A stretch of 64,000 nucleotides of DNA from Nymphaea colorata (Eukaryota): NCBI RefSeq assembly GCF_008831285.2, contig NC_045138.2, positions 4,340,001 through 4,404,000 on the forward strand, written 5' to 3'. Within the stretch, counting starts at the first letter, position 1. Each line of letters opens with the position of its first letter. A program made the translations under genes and the position numbers. Positions 39,101-51,000 of this stretch are shown one piece after another. The notes under the pieces were generated by a model. It did not search any database. It had not been told where the DNA came from and saw nothing but the letters and a program-made list of their open reading frames with translations.

Positions 39101-39531
39101 TGCCATCACAGGTATCCACATTTCTACCCTCCCTCAAGGGTCTGTGCTTGATAGACAACACGAATGGTGATGAGGAGGTCAAATGGAGAAGGGTGCCTGA
39201 GTGGGTGTGGGGTCTCTCCCAACTGGAGGAATTGTACCTACACTCTTTCTCCGAGGAGATCAGCTTGGGAGGCCACTGGCAATGCCTCCCCAAACTGAAA
39301 TATCTAACACTTGCTGAATTCCCCAATCTGAAGTCTGTGGTGGAGGTGGATAATACTATTACTGCCCAACAACAACAACAAAATGGAACCATCATTTGTT
39401 CCTCCGATGCACAGCAACAACAGATCGCCTGCCTCTCCAACCTTCAAGAGTTGAGCATTTCCTCATGTCCAGCACTCGATCTGGCGCAGGAGTTAAGGGA
39501 CCATCTTGGGAAAAGATTACAGATATATTGA
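36121..39531 (+). CDS. CC-NB-ARC-LRR (CNL) disease-resistance protein, 1136 aa, intronless
   Basis: Rx-type coiled coil with EDVID-like LKDVFYDAQDFIE; P-loop GQGGIGKTT; RNBS-A WVCVS; kinase-2 LLVLDDVW; RNBS-B KILITSR; GLPL; RNBS-D CFVYCCIYPKD; LHD in place of MHD; many LRRs. The first ATG is at 36121; the track start at 35983 is a non-ATG extension through a CT-rich leader. Confidence 0.96.
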   Translation: MAIVIDALAEAAISNLFRSVTSLLKDKVDLIRDAKVQLQKLQEKLERLQNAIKVVERKPFFSNERNRDLEAQLKDVFYDAQDFIERYQTTIALCQRDKHSTTSWNKVSKPWITLCSCFKQHVSASYQLGNEIKKINQKLNEIEQRKEMVDLLNPTPKVKSEDPIDGEHDNPRETTHLISTAQPPMGRADDKEKVKELLFDGFTKSSALGKDGVSIISIVGQGGIGKTTLAKMVFNEVEEQFGNRRWWVCVSEKPNRMGLLQKILKEVCKESKGEPLKGSTSFPDLCTQLQGELSKSKFLLVLDDVWELDGWWGDVEGILLGGAMESKILITSRNAEVCQGIGARMHKLPKMSLDESWSLFLRVAKKQEHELVTHNLKGIGEKIVAKCGGLPLVVQTVGSLMRTKGMTKDDWESVEKSEIWKWKMPASSSSSEISGSILPGLILSYDDLPHYLKSCFVYCCIYPKDYEIERDTLVMQWMAHGLIDQDKGIDVEVSADQWINDLINRFMIEETEYKKLKLHDILHDLALYICGKECSHDSATKHTRHLSLFGADDAEVHKRNASGAVNKLRTLLGDSDSNSDSKSDLSLIYIKHFNNFKWLRVLSLRGCQMDELPKSIEDLSLLKYLDLSSSHVKRLPNSISRLCNLQTLDLSYTSIEELPKEMGELCNLRYLGLYKTVSLKFVAEGLGKLTNLRTLHSFVVCDDKGETRGCNINELKDLKKLKGELSIEGLRGGRVKVKDAKKVFLKDRHELNRVEFHFKGQEDDRADNASEERGLLEALEPPHGIESLEIWNYKGDRPAWYLDSNYVKLRTLRLYSCPLWAAVMGIKSLEKLEVRECPTFGALPSMPLLKWLEILKCDGLNRIGDLPALESLDIRDCDGLNRIGDLPALESLEVSECDGLNTIGDMPAVKELRLFDLPNWESRFTSMPCLREAFISNCPKTQMEGLSDELAGLESLTVWNCPSARLGWKLLEQLPNLIWLSLDSESAVVVPSPLPSQVSTFLPSLKGLCLIDNTNGDEEVKWRRVPEWVWGLSQLEELYLHSFSEEISLGGHWQCLPKLKYLTLAEFPNLKSVVEVDNTITAQQQQQNGTIICSSDAQQQQIACLSNLQELSISSCPALDLAQELRDHLGKRLQIY
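38689..38840 (+). repeat. 60-bp (20-aa) intragenic LRR tandem repeat, ~2.5 copies
   Basis: CDGLNRIGDLPALESLDIRD / CDGLNRIGDLPALESLEVSE / CDGLNTIGDMP. Confidence 0.95.
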
Positions 39532-40938
39532 TAATGTTACTCAAAATCGATGGCAAATTGTAATTAATTATTGTGGTTAAATATGTGTGTTTCCATTTCA
39601 TTGCCCCTTTTTTCTCTCTTTCTCTCTCTCCCTCTCCCTCTCCCTCTCCCTCTTGTTTGATTTGGGTCCTGTAATTGTAGTGTTGTTGAAATGAACTGGC
39701 ATACCTTTTATGCATCAACATGTTCTCATGGCATATTTAATATATTATGTTTTCATCAAAATGAAAAGTCTTAGGGAGAGAAAATACTTGAATGGAAAGA
39801 AAAATGGGGCAAAAAAGCTGCACCATAAATAAGAATATATAAAAAATTCATAATATTGTTCTATTTTGTTATTAAAATAATATTATTCAGGTATCATTAT
39901 TAGGTTATTATTTTTTATATTTTAAATTATTACCATCATCATCGTCATTTGCTTCTTGAATACCCTACTGATTTTCTTATTGAAGATTTGGATATAAAGA
40001 ATATATCTAGGCTCGGCCCAGCAATCAAGATCCAAGTCCATGTTTGGCGCAGCTTGCAGCTTGGCTTGACTAGTAATGAAATTAAAAGAACATATGTAAC
40101 CTGACCTGATTTGACTGTAATAAAAACATGTATATATATATATATATATAATTTCGCTGGGTTGGGCCGTGCAGGCAGCGACCAGATGGGTCCACCTTAC
40201 AAGTTAAGATTTCTCAAGGGCAATAAACAAATCTCAATCGGACCCAATTCCAGATCCTTTGATCACTTTTTTTTGAAAAGCATCCAATTAGGAAGCTTTC
40301 CTCTCTTCTTTGGTTCCAATTTCTACAACTGTCCAGCAAGCAGAGACGTCCAACTCAAGGGAAGGGGAGTGGAGAGCTTAACAAATAGAATTTGTTTACA
40401 TTAAATTTACTTATATATGTCACCTGTTGCATGTGCTCTCTACCCATGGCAATGCACAATTACCAGGTATGTGGTAGACCTCAATATATCCAATTTAAAT
40501 CAGATATCGGATCCATTTGTTCCGAAATAATTAGATATGAAAAAAAAAATTGAATAAACATCCTATATCCTATGCTCTTACACTTTGATATTTGAAAATC
40601 AGTTACACTAATTGGATTTAGATTCGGATATGAATGTAAAAATCAGATCCGATCAGACTCGGATCATGAAATCAGATTTTGGATTCAGATTCAGATTCGG
40701 AAATTTTTTTATTCGTAGTCGAATTTGAATGTGAATGTCAATATGTGAATGAAGGGATGTAGAATAGTCCCAAAGGACCGTAGCATAGCGGCTTCGCAAA
40801 CACACGTGTAGAATGCATGTCGCATGTTCAATTCTTATGGGTGCTACTTTAAAAAATGTCAAGTTGAAGGGTATATCATACTCCACCCAGGTTCCAATGT
40901 GGCCCAAGACCCTAAGGTAGAGGGAATGTGGAAGTCTG

Positions 40939-41097
40939 AGCGGTTGGTTATTGGTGGCTGCTTTGCATCCCATCTGTCGAGGGAGTAAACAAACCATGTT
41001 GAAAAAAACACCGGTTAAGCGGTTGGTCATTGGTGGCTGCTTTGCATCCCATCTGTCGAGGGAGTAAACAAACCATGTTGAAAAAAACACCGGGTTA
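40939..41097 (+). repeat. 79-bp near-perfect tandem duplication
   Basis: agcggttggt(t/c)attggtggctgc...aaaaaaacaccgg occurs at 40939 and 41018. Confidence 0.9.
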
Positions 41098-43859
41098 ACT
41101 TTAGTCATCGTCACAAAAAATTATCTTTTCAAAAAAAAAAGTGCCCCATAATAAAAACGTCAAAATAATTTAAACAGGAAAAGACACTTTTTTTTACTTC
41201 AAAATAATTTTTTTTTGCATTTTTATCATGTTTTCCCATTATTTTTGTTTTTACTTTTAAAACTTTAAGTTAAACTACTTGTATTTGTTTTTATCATTAC
41301 TATAAGATTATTTTATCAAGTTATATTTTATGTTTTCTTGCTAATTTTTGCATTTATTTCACTTTTTCATAACTTGTAAGGTTTTCTCTTTTATAAAAAA
41401 ATGCCAATTTTTTTTAAATTTTCAACTTCGCCCAAAAATACTCAAAACAACTTCACCGTTTAAAACCGATTAACGATATTTATGACCATCATCGAAGTGA
41501 GATTTTCTGATCTGTCGTTTCATTTGACTCTTGTAAATAATTTTTGAGGGGCAAGGTTTTCACCCATTTTGTGTTACAGCCTTCTACGGATTTAATTTGT
41601 ACATATACATATGCAACATCTGGATCTTTTGATTGGATCAAATTAAATGAGGTCTACAAATGAAACTACTGAATCGATATATATATATATATATAGAATC
41701 GGTAGAATGTAAGCATGCACATTATCGCTTGACATATGTGAGGTAAGTTTGTCAGTATATCATATTCGAATTGCATATTAGACAGAACCGTTTCCAAAAG
41801 TCAGAAGCTCAAAAAAATTAATATCCGACTACGAAACCGGATCGAATTGCGATTCAGATTATATATATATATAGATTGGATTGTGAGATTCGATTTCAAA
41901 TTTCAAATCAGAGATTACTTTTATTTGTTTCTATCGATCCGAACGTATGAGTATAGACATCCCCATTAGTTTGCAGGAATTTGACTAATTGGCAGTGGTG
42001 TGTGGGACTATTACCTACTAGAAGACTGCCAAACCAATATATAGCTCTCCTGATCAAATAAATATGCTTCTTATTTAAAACCAGAAAAACTGATAAGTAG
42101 ATAACCTCCTATTTTGCTTGCCCCGCATAACAAGACATGTATGTTAAGATTCATGAGTCATCGGTCTCGCCCAACCATTTGATTTACCTCATACCTTTCC
42201 ATTACTAGGGATCTACACGAGCCGAGTCAAGCTCACTCGAACTCCACTCATATCTTGTTCAGCCCGAGCTCCAGTTGAGTTGTACTAGGTTAGCTCGAGG
42301 TCAACCCGAGTAGACCACCCAGCTAGAAATGAAAATGATAACATAGATTAAACAAACTTACTTGAGCTTAGGGATGTTAATATATTGGATTTGAATCAAA
42401 TATCTGTTCGCACCCATAAAAATCAGATGTGAAAAAAAAAAATATCTGATTAAGAAATCAGGTCCGATTTAAGAAATGACATCCGACCTGATTCAGATTC
42501 GGATATACATAAATACCCAATCGGATTCGGACCAGATTTATTTTTTTATGGGTTCAAATTTTGGATTTCGGATATGAATATAAAAATCTGATTGCAAATT
42601 CAAATTCAGATATGATTTTTTTTTGTTTTTATTTGAATCTGAATATGTGAATATCCAAAAAAGTGGATATGGTTAAGGATGTATCTAATTTGCGTTGACA
42701 TCCCCAGCGAGTTTAATAGAGTCAAGTTCCTGTTAGAAGGTTAATGGAATCAGGTTCACTAGTTAGAGTCACGACTCAATGTCCTGCCCAAGATCATTAG
42801 TTATCCTAATTGGATTTAAGTGCACCGGTAGCTAGGGAACCTCAATTTGGTTAAACGCAAGATCTCTATAAATTTAGATTTTGGAAAACCTGATTCGACA
42901 ACATATTATGTTAATGTGTATCCGGAAATCATCATAACCATTAACTGCTAACCGTTGTCACATATCTCATTCTTTGCTTTTTATGGGCAACGCTTTTCTG
43001 GGGTACTAAAAAAAATTGTTTTCCTTGAAAGATCTCAAAAATTCAGAATATGTAAAAATATATAAAACTTACGAAATCTCGAGTTTTTTTTACTTTTTAA
43101 TGTGTTACAAACATTAATAAAAGTTTAAAACAGTTATTAAGAAGGTAAATAAACCAAGAAAAACTAAAATATGATCATATTTTTTAGGGAATATTGCAAA
43201 AAAAAGAAAAAAAAATGCAATGCTTTTGATCCTTCCAAAATATCATGACATTATTTCGCCTTTTCTTATTTCCTTTTCTCTTCTGTTTTTAACACAAACA
43301 AGCCTATAATCAGACAGTATATATCTCATGCAGATCCTCTTCGAAAGTAAATTTGTGAATATATCCTCAATTAATGTGAATTAACAGTTAGGAATGTTAA
43401 TCAAAAGTCGAGCCAACTCGGGCTCCATTCGAACTGGCTCAGTTAAGCTAGACTCGAACTCTACTGATATGCTAAACGAGTCGAGTTTGAGCTTAAACGA
43501 TAACTCAAGTTTGTAAATGAGTCGAGTTCGAGTTGGATGAACTCGATTCAATTAAACTTGTTTTAACAATCAATTAAATTTGTTTAACACTAATACTTAT
43601 TTTTGTAATTTCAAAAACATTAAATTGAATATATATGAAATTCTTCTTATTATTTACTTCCACCAGTGACTAACCTCTCCTCCTCCCCCACATGTATCTA
43701 CTTTACCGACCCCTACATTCTTTTTCTAGATTTTGTGTACAACAAAATGATCAAACTATTCTTTACTTACCAAAAAAGAAAAGAACCACCCGGCTGACCC
43801 CTTGCCATAAAACAGAAACAGATTTTAGACCAAAGATATTGGGAATTAAAAGTTTAGAC

Positions 43860-44173
43860 TTTGAGAGATAGAAAATAGGAGGGAGAGAGAGGAAGAGAGA
43901 ATTAAAAATATATGTTTAAAAGAGAGAGAGGGAGAGGGAGAGAGAAGGAGATAGAGATTTTAAAAAGGAGAGAGATTCGTTGATAAAAGAGAGAGAGAGA
44001 GAGAGAGAGTTTCAGAAGAAATCAAAGAAAGGAACAAAGAGAAATCAAAGATAAAGTAAGAGAGGAAGAGACATTTTAAGAGAGTGATCAAAGAGAGACA
44101 GAGAAAGTGAGACAAATTGAAGAGAGTGTGTGACAAATAAAAGAGAGAAAAAAAAATTGTAAAAGAGAGAAAT

Positions 44174-44222
<49 letters not shown>

Positions 44223-44905
44223 GTGTGTGTGTGACTAATAGAAGAGAGAGAGAGAAAAAATTGTAAAAGAGAAATCAAATATATATATATATTAATAAAA
44301 GGGAGAAAGTTCTTAAGAGAAAAGTCAAGAGAGATAAAGAGAGACATAGAGATTTTAAGTGAAATGGAACAGAGATATTAATAAAAGAGAGAAAAGAAGA
44401 TATATAAAGAGAAATGGAAAAGAGAGATGGCGGAGAGAGTTTTAAAAAAGTAGGTAGATTGAAGACAAAGAGGGAGGGAAAATAAAGCAATAAAGAAAGG
44501 GATTTTCTAAAGAGACAGATAATAATAAAAAAAGAAAGAAGTTTTAAGAGAAAAATACTATAGAGGGGAAGAGAGAAAAAAAGATGAGGAGAGAGATATT
44601 AATAAAAGAGAAAAAAATTAACAGAGAAATCAAAGCGGGAGAGATAGAAAAAGGTAACAATAAATATAAGAACAAGAGTGATTTTAAGAAATCTAGAAAT
44701 CAAAGAGAGAGAGATTATAAAAGAAGGAAGATAGAAAAAGAGAGATTTAAAAGAGAGATAAGTTGAAAAGGGAGGGAAAGAGATTAATAAAAGAGAGAAA
44801 AATAGAATTTAAGAGAGAAATCAAAGAAAGAGAGAGGAGTTAATAAAAAGAAATGGAAAGAGAGACTTTAAGTGAAAAATAGAAGAGAGAGAGAGAGAGA
44901 GAGGC
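43860..44905 (+). repeat. ~1-kb purine-rich (GA) low-complexity tract; partial copy at 59520-59880
   Basis: Almost exclusively A/G on the + strand, with recurrent AAAGAGAGA and GAAATCAAA units. Confidence 0.85.
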
Positions 44906-45904
44906 CAAAGTACTAAACAACAAACTTTAACATAGATGGTTGGGAGGAAAACCACCAAAGAGGCTGAAAAGTTTCCCATGGCCCCTCCTAGGGTCCAAGA
45001 CTACTTTCTAATCTTGGTGCACTTGCAGTTACTTCCTATAATTTGAAAGTGGTATCTGCCATTATTTGCAGTTTAAAAGGTAGAAATCAAATTAATGACG
45101 AAGCTTTTGGGTTTCACAAAAGGTAGAAAAAGACCATAGCAACAATGACTCTCAAGATTAATGAAAACAGGAAACAAGTGGCCACAAAAATTAGGTCGTA
45201 TTAGGCATTCAATATAGTAATGAGTTATCTAACAACTTACTTGCTGCTCACATGCACCACAACTCTGTGGGCCCAAAAGCATGTGATTCTTAAAAAAGAG
45301 GTAATGTTGGTTGGACATTAGTGGCTTCTTTGCGCCCCATCTGCCAAGGGAGTTAACAAACCATGTTGGAAAAAGGCACCGAGTTAACTGCAATCATAGT
45401 CACAAAAAAAATTGTCTTTAAAATAAAAAATGACCCCATGATAAAAACGTCAAATAATAAAAATAGGAAAATTCAGTTTTTTTTTTACTTTAAAATAAAT
45501 TTTTGGCAGTTTTATCATGTTTTTCCATGATTTTGTTTTAAATTTTAAAACTTAAATTAAACTACTTTTATTTGTTTCTATCATTACTATAAGATTATTT
45601 TTATTATTTGATCAAGTTATTTTTTATGTTTTCTCACTAATTTTTTTATTTATTTTACTTTTTTATAACTTGTAACGTTTTCTCTTTTATAAAAAATGCC
45701 ATTTTTTGTTAAATTTTGACTTCAACCAAAAATACTCAAAATTACCTCACGATTTAAAACCAATTCTCTTATCTGTCGTCTCATTTGAGTCTTGTAAATT
45801 ATGCCTTCAGATTTAGTTTATACATACACATATGCGACATCTGATCTTTTGATTGGATCAAATTAAATGAGGTCTACATATGAAACTAGTGATCAAATGG
45901 ATAA

Positions 45905-45953
<49 letters not shown>

Positions 45954-46036
45954 CGTTGGGCATCACATTGTGATGTATGTTTGTCAATATATCATATTTG
46001 AATTGCATATTAGAACAAAACTGTTCAAAAGTCAGA

Positions 46037-46068
<32 letters not shown>

Positions 46069-49000
46069 CCGACTAAGAAACCAGATCTGATTCAGATTCA
46101 AATCAAATTTAGTTACCACAATAGGAAGCTAAATTCAGTCATTATACATTGCATGTAATTGAAGCCCGATTTAGCTTCCCAGTAATAGAATTTTTGAAGA
46201 GAGAGAGAGTGGATTTAGCTTCCCTGTAATAGAATTTTTGAAGGAAATGGGCACCACAGCTGGATGCTTGTGCTTACACGTGGACAAATCTCGGACCAAA
46301 GAAACACAATGGAGTTATCCTAATGTATGGGGCACACTTAAGAATGTCAAGGGATATCTGCTTTTTTGGATATTTATATATTCATATCTGAATTTGAAAT
46401 CCAATTTCACAATCTGAATCCAGTCCAAAATTGATTTTTACATTCATATCCGAATCCAAATTTTGGACTGAATGGGGCTTATTTTCAAAATGCAAGAGCA
46501 TTGCATTTAAGACATTTATGAAAACTAAATTCAATTTGAATCTGAATCTCCAAATCAGATCTAATATCATTATTTATTGCATCTGTTTATATGTGTGAGA
46601 GGTTGAAGGCATGTGCATTTATTTATAAGAGTTCAAATGTATATAATGTCGGATGTTGCGCTGATACCAAGTCAGAGCTTACCTTGTTTGCTAAGTAAAT
46701 ATGATCACATCACTTGGTGACTGGGTTTGGATTCGATTAGATTTCCAAACCATTTTGGACTTGAATTAGGGTTTTTTAGATATTGTGACAATATGCAACT
46801 GTTATTGATATACCAAACCCTAGAAATCAGATTCAGTTGAATGGGTATTCAAGGATTGTGTCTAGATAAACCCTAAATGGACTTATGTACATGGAGGAAC
46901 TGGATCAGGATTTGCATTAGGGATGCAAGACAGTAAAACATACCAGAGTTTTGTATTATTCAATTGACGGGGGAAGCTCTGACTTAAACAAAAGAATTAG
47001 ATTATGTTTGAAGCTTTAGTGAATTGGATGGATATGTGAGTTCTGATATATAACAAAACTACCCAGATAGCTATGTCAACCAAGTGAACCTGATTAACAC
47101 AGTTTAGTAAATGCTGCAACTTCTGATCCAATTCTACTTCATGTGAAAGATCTTGTTGGGCAAGACAGATCCAATTGTAATGCATTGGATCCACATTAAG
47201 TTCTCCATCCTTTGTTTCTCTATGATGTTTTTGACATGCAAAAGAAGAGTAGGGACCAATTGCCTCGAATCTGATCCGACATTATGGACTTGAGATCCAC
47301 ACAATTAACTGGATCGAAGTCAAGAGTTATCAACTTGGACTTTTTGGCTGTATTCCAAACCCTTGTACTAAATAATTGTTGTAGTGGGATTTAATTGGAT
47401 TCCAACCCATCATCTTGGTTCCTAAATAGTTGCACTTGGAATTTAAGGTGTGCAGCTTGTGAACAGCAGTAGGGACAAAGTGTAGCCCTCTTGTTGGGCT
47501 GCCATCCTAATGCTTTGCTCTCTTAACTTTGCGCACTCTAGAAATGTTGGAATAACATGCCATGCACCCTATGTTTCTCACTCTCTCTCTTTGCAGATTG
47601 TTTTTGTACCTTTGAAACTTTTTGTTCCCAAATTTTGTTATGCATACTCATTTTATTCTCTCTTTCTCTTATTTGAGAATTACACAGTTTCTGGATATCT
47701 CTACTTCACAGAGATTTAAAAGTTTCATTGCTTAATTGAATATATGATGAAAGAGGACGAATTAGAGGAGAAAAGGCAAACAAGTGAAAACTATATTTTT
47801 TAGAAAAATTTCAGAAATTTTTATCTGAAGGCTGATTTTTTTTGTTGTAATTCGAAAAAGAAGAACTGCGACTTGTGATTTTCTTATTAAGAGCATCAGT
47901 TTTTATGAAAACTGTAAAATAAGGGTCTGAAGTCACAAAATTTGAATAACTTGAGAAGCAAACCAAATCTTTTTTCAACGTCGCCAGCCTTCCTTCTACC
48001 ACTAATTTAATTACAAGTTCAGCGTTTTAGGTGAAGTTATCTAAGGTCAGCACAGATGTACTTCAAACCATCATTTGGTGGTTTTTATGAAAAGTATGGT
48101 TCTTATCAGAAAGTTGCATAGATCTCTTTTTGAATTTAGAGGTAAAGCTGAAAGAGGTAATTTTCATTTCCATCAAGTTTTAACCAGTATGCGTGTTTTT
48201 CTTTTTCTTAACGTCTTGGATGCAAGATTCTCCCTATCGATTTAAAAGTTAAAAAATATGGTTCTTAAGCATTGTTTGAATGTGCCACCAAAGTAGACAT
48301 CAACAAATTGGATTTGAATTGGATATGCCCTTAGCTGTATCTGATTTTTCTGATACTCACATATTCGGGTTCGACTTCATATTCAATACAAACAAAGAAA
48401 AGTCATATCCAAATCTGAATTCAAAATCTGATTTTACAATCTAAATCCGATATAAATATGATTTTTACATTCATATCTGTATCTGAATCCAAACTTGACC
48501 AATTTTCATATGTAAGAGCATTAGCTGTAGGATATTTGTTTAAAAAATAAATCCAATCTGGATCCATATCCAAATCCGATCAGATATTTATGTCCATCCT
48601 AATTCAAATCCAATCGAAACTCATTAAATCCAAATCAGATCTGATTTCTTGATTGGATTTTTTTTTTTTTCGTATCAGATTTTTTCGAAAGGTTTGGTCA
48701 GAGTAGGTTCTTTTGTATGAACGATGTTCAACTAAATTAGTGTCATTGCACCCTTAAATTAATGTGAAAGAATGAGGGCAGTTGTGAGTGTGTAATATTA
48801 TAAGCACATAAACCAATGTTTCATGCAGTCTTGCGCTGGTCCGCATATATACGTACTAAGGTTGCAAGTGGTTCAAACCACTCTAGTTTGAGGATATTGT
48901 CAATTTCTGATGTACAAAAACCAATTCGGCCTCCAGTATGCATTTTATTTGCCCCATATTCGATCCGTTAGCAACACTATGATGCACACATGCACAGTCA

Positions 49001-50633
49001 TTGAATGAAAATTCATGGGTTTCTTCTCCAAGTTCGCAAAATCATGGTAATTTTATAATGGCAATTTTCGAGATGCTATAGATCTTCTTCCCATGTTGAA
49101 CTGGGTCGCGTAGTTTTGTATTTGAACCACATGTAGTGATTCACATCTATAATTGGAGTCAAATATGATCAAAACATGTAAACCTTATAGGATCATTTTC
49201 TTCTTCTTGCTATCAATTTGTAGGTTATAAGTTCTTGGCATGAGTCTTCTTCTTCTTCTCTTGTTAATTAATGTGTCTGCAGTGCCGAGCAGCTCATAAC
49301 TTCTGACAGACACGCCTCCATAATTCCTTTAGAAAGATGCTCCTTTTCTTTCATTTTAAGCCAATCAGTTACATAGTTCTGCAAACAAATGTGACAGATC
49401 ACGACCGGCTGAGATGCTTCCAAAGAAAGTGCTCTTATTTTTTTTAAGTTTACACTTTTCCTTTTTTTATGGAATATATATATAAGTACATATGAATCAT
49501 GATTCTACTTTTACCTATACATCTACGGACATCAATTCAGAACCGTTTATCTAAAATCGAATGGTTCAGATTTTGAAGCTCATTCTCCCTTCCTTTCCTC
49601 CCTTCCCCAATCTCTCTCGTCTCCAATCCTCAGCTCTGTGTCGGAATTATGTATGGATTTTGGATCTGTGTCTACATAACAGGACCAAATCAAAATCAGA
49701 ACATTATGTGCGACTTAACTAATTTTTTTAAAGCCTAAACAAAACTAAACACAACAAGAAGGTAATGCAGGAATGATTTGAGTAGAAACCAGGCAGGATT
49801 TGTATCGAATCAGATGATGGGTCAGTGCAGGTTTGAATCAGTTCAGATCCAAATGAGTGCTGAAACACGTTCGACTGTCAACAAGACAAGGCAGTAAAGG
49901 ATTGGATTCACTTATATTGCATGCAAAAACCTATCTCACAGAACTATGCTTTCAGAGTAGATTTGGATTTCAGAATATCTATATCTACACAGGATCAGAT
50001 CACCTTTGATATGCCAAATTTACGGGATTCTAAAACAGCTTATAAACCCAGTTTTAAACTTTCATCAATCTTTCTTTTTCCATTTCTAGCAACAAGAAAC
50101 CACACTTGACCCCACGCACCATAAATGTATAGGGGAGACATTAAACCACATTCGGCCTCAATCGAATGGTTCAGATTGAGGTCTACCCGGATCTAATCAT
50201 TAAAAATAAGGTTTTATAGTTTGCTCTATAAAAGATAAGCCCCACAAAAACCCTACATATCTCCGCCCCTGGTTTCTAATCATATTGAGATTCAGGCTAC
50301 TAAATGCCCTAAAGTCCCTCTTGTTCGTTGGCAATCAAATTCATTTTCTTATAGTTTAGGAGCGTTGAAAATCACCTTCCAAGGAAATGGCAGCAACTTT
50401 TTTTCGCCTGTTTGATTTCCCATACCTACTCACTTAAAAAATCAACCACAATTGCCAAAAGTTGACTGGCCGCCAACAGTTTTGATACAATCGGCTTGTG
50501 TTGAGTGGTTCGACCAACAAAAGAACGCCAATGTGAACACGAAGAAGAAAACTTTCGAAATTGTCACACTAATTGTCTTTGATAGCCTATGGACTTGCAG
50601 GAAACATTCTAAAATGTCATACGGAGATGGAAG

Positions 50634-51000
50634 TGATAACAAAAGAGATGAACTCAATTTTAACATGGTTCGGTACTCTGTACCTACATCCACAGTAGCT
50701 CTCAAAAGTATGAGAGACACACTATGTGCATCGTTTTAAATACAAGATGTATGACAAGGAGATTTACAATTAACGTTGATCTCCTTGATTTCAGCCTTGG
50801 AGGTTACAGTATCTATCTCCTTGATTTCAGCCTTGGAGGTTACAATGTTAATCTCCTTGATTCTAGCATTGGAGATTTCAGTATCGTGAGTGATTTCAGC
50901 AATAGCCGTTTCATCTACGCCAGCATGCTCGGTGGTGATTTTGGCAACTTCATTATCATCAACACTTTCCACATATTTGATTCTTGCCTTATTGTTGACA
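50634..51000 (-). repeat. 3' LTR of the copia element
   Basis: 367 bp; 8 substitutions (hand count) relative to the 5' LTR; contains ~2.5 copies of a 36-bp repeat. Confidence 0.95.

Larger units (their letters stand above)
39882..46090 (+). repeat. Segmental duplication block B, downstream of the NLR (paralogue B' at 59042-60810; internal repeat 41020-41840~45310-46090)
   Basis: 39882-39995~59042-59163; 40000-40040~59410-59445; 40210-40257~59920-59968; 40482-41165~59971-60800; 43800-44345~59462-59880. Confidence 0.85.

Noticed and set aside
38535..39440. 301-aa antisense ORF
   Set aside because: Shadow frame of the NLR LRR region.
16773..39531. POLD1 fragment as an NLR integrated decoy or functional head-to-head partner
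   Set aside because: It is on the opposite strand, more than 11 kb away across transposons, and not fused to the NLR; proximity alone gives no functional evidence.
44045..44766. Hydrophobic, Lys/Glu-rich and IYIYIY/SLSLSL ORFs here and elsewhere in the window
   Set aside because: Translations of microsatellites and low-complexity tracts.
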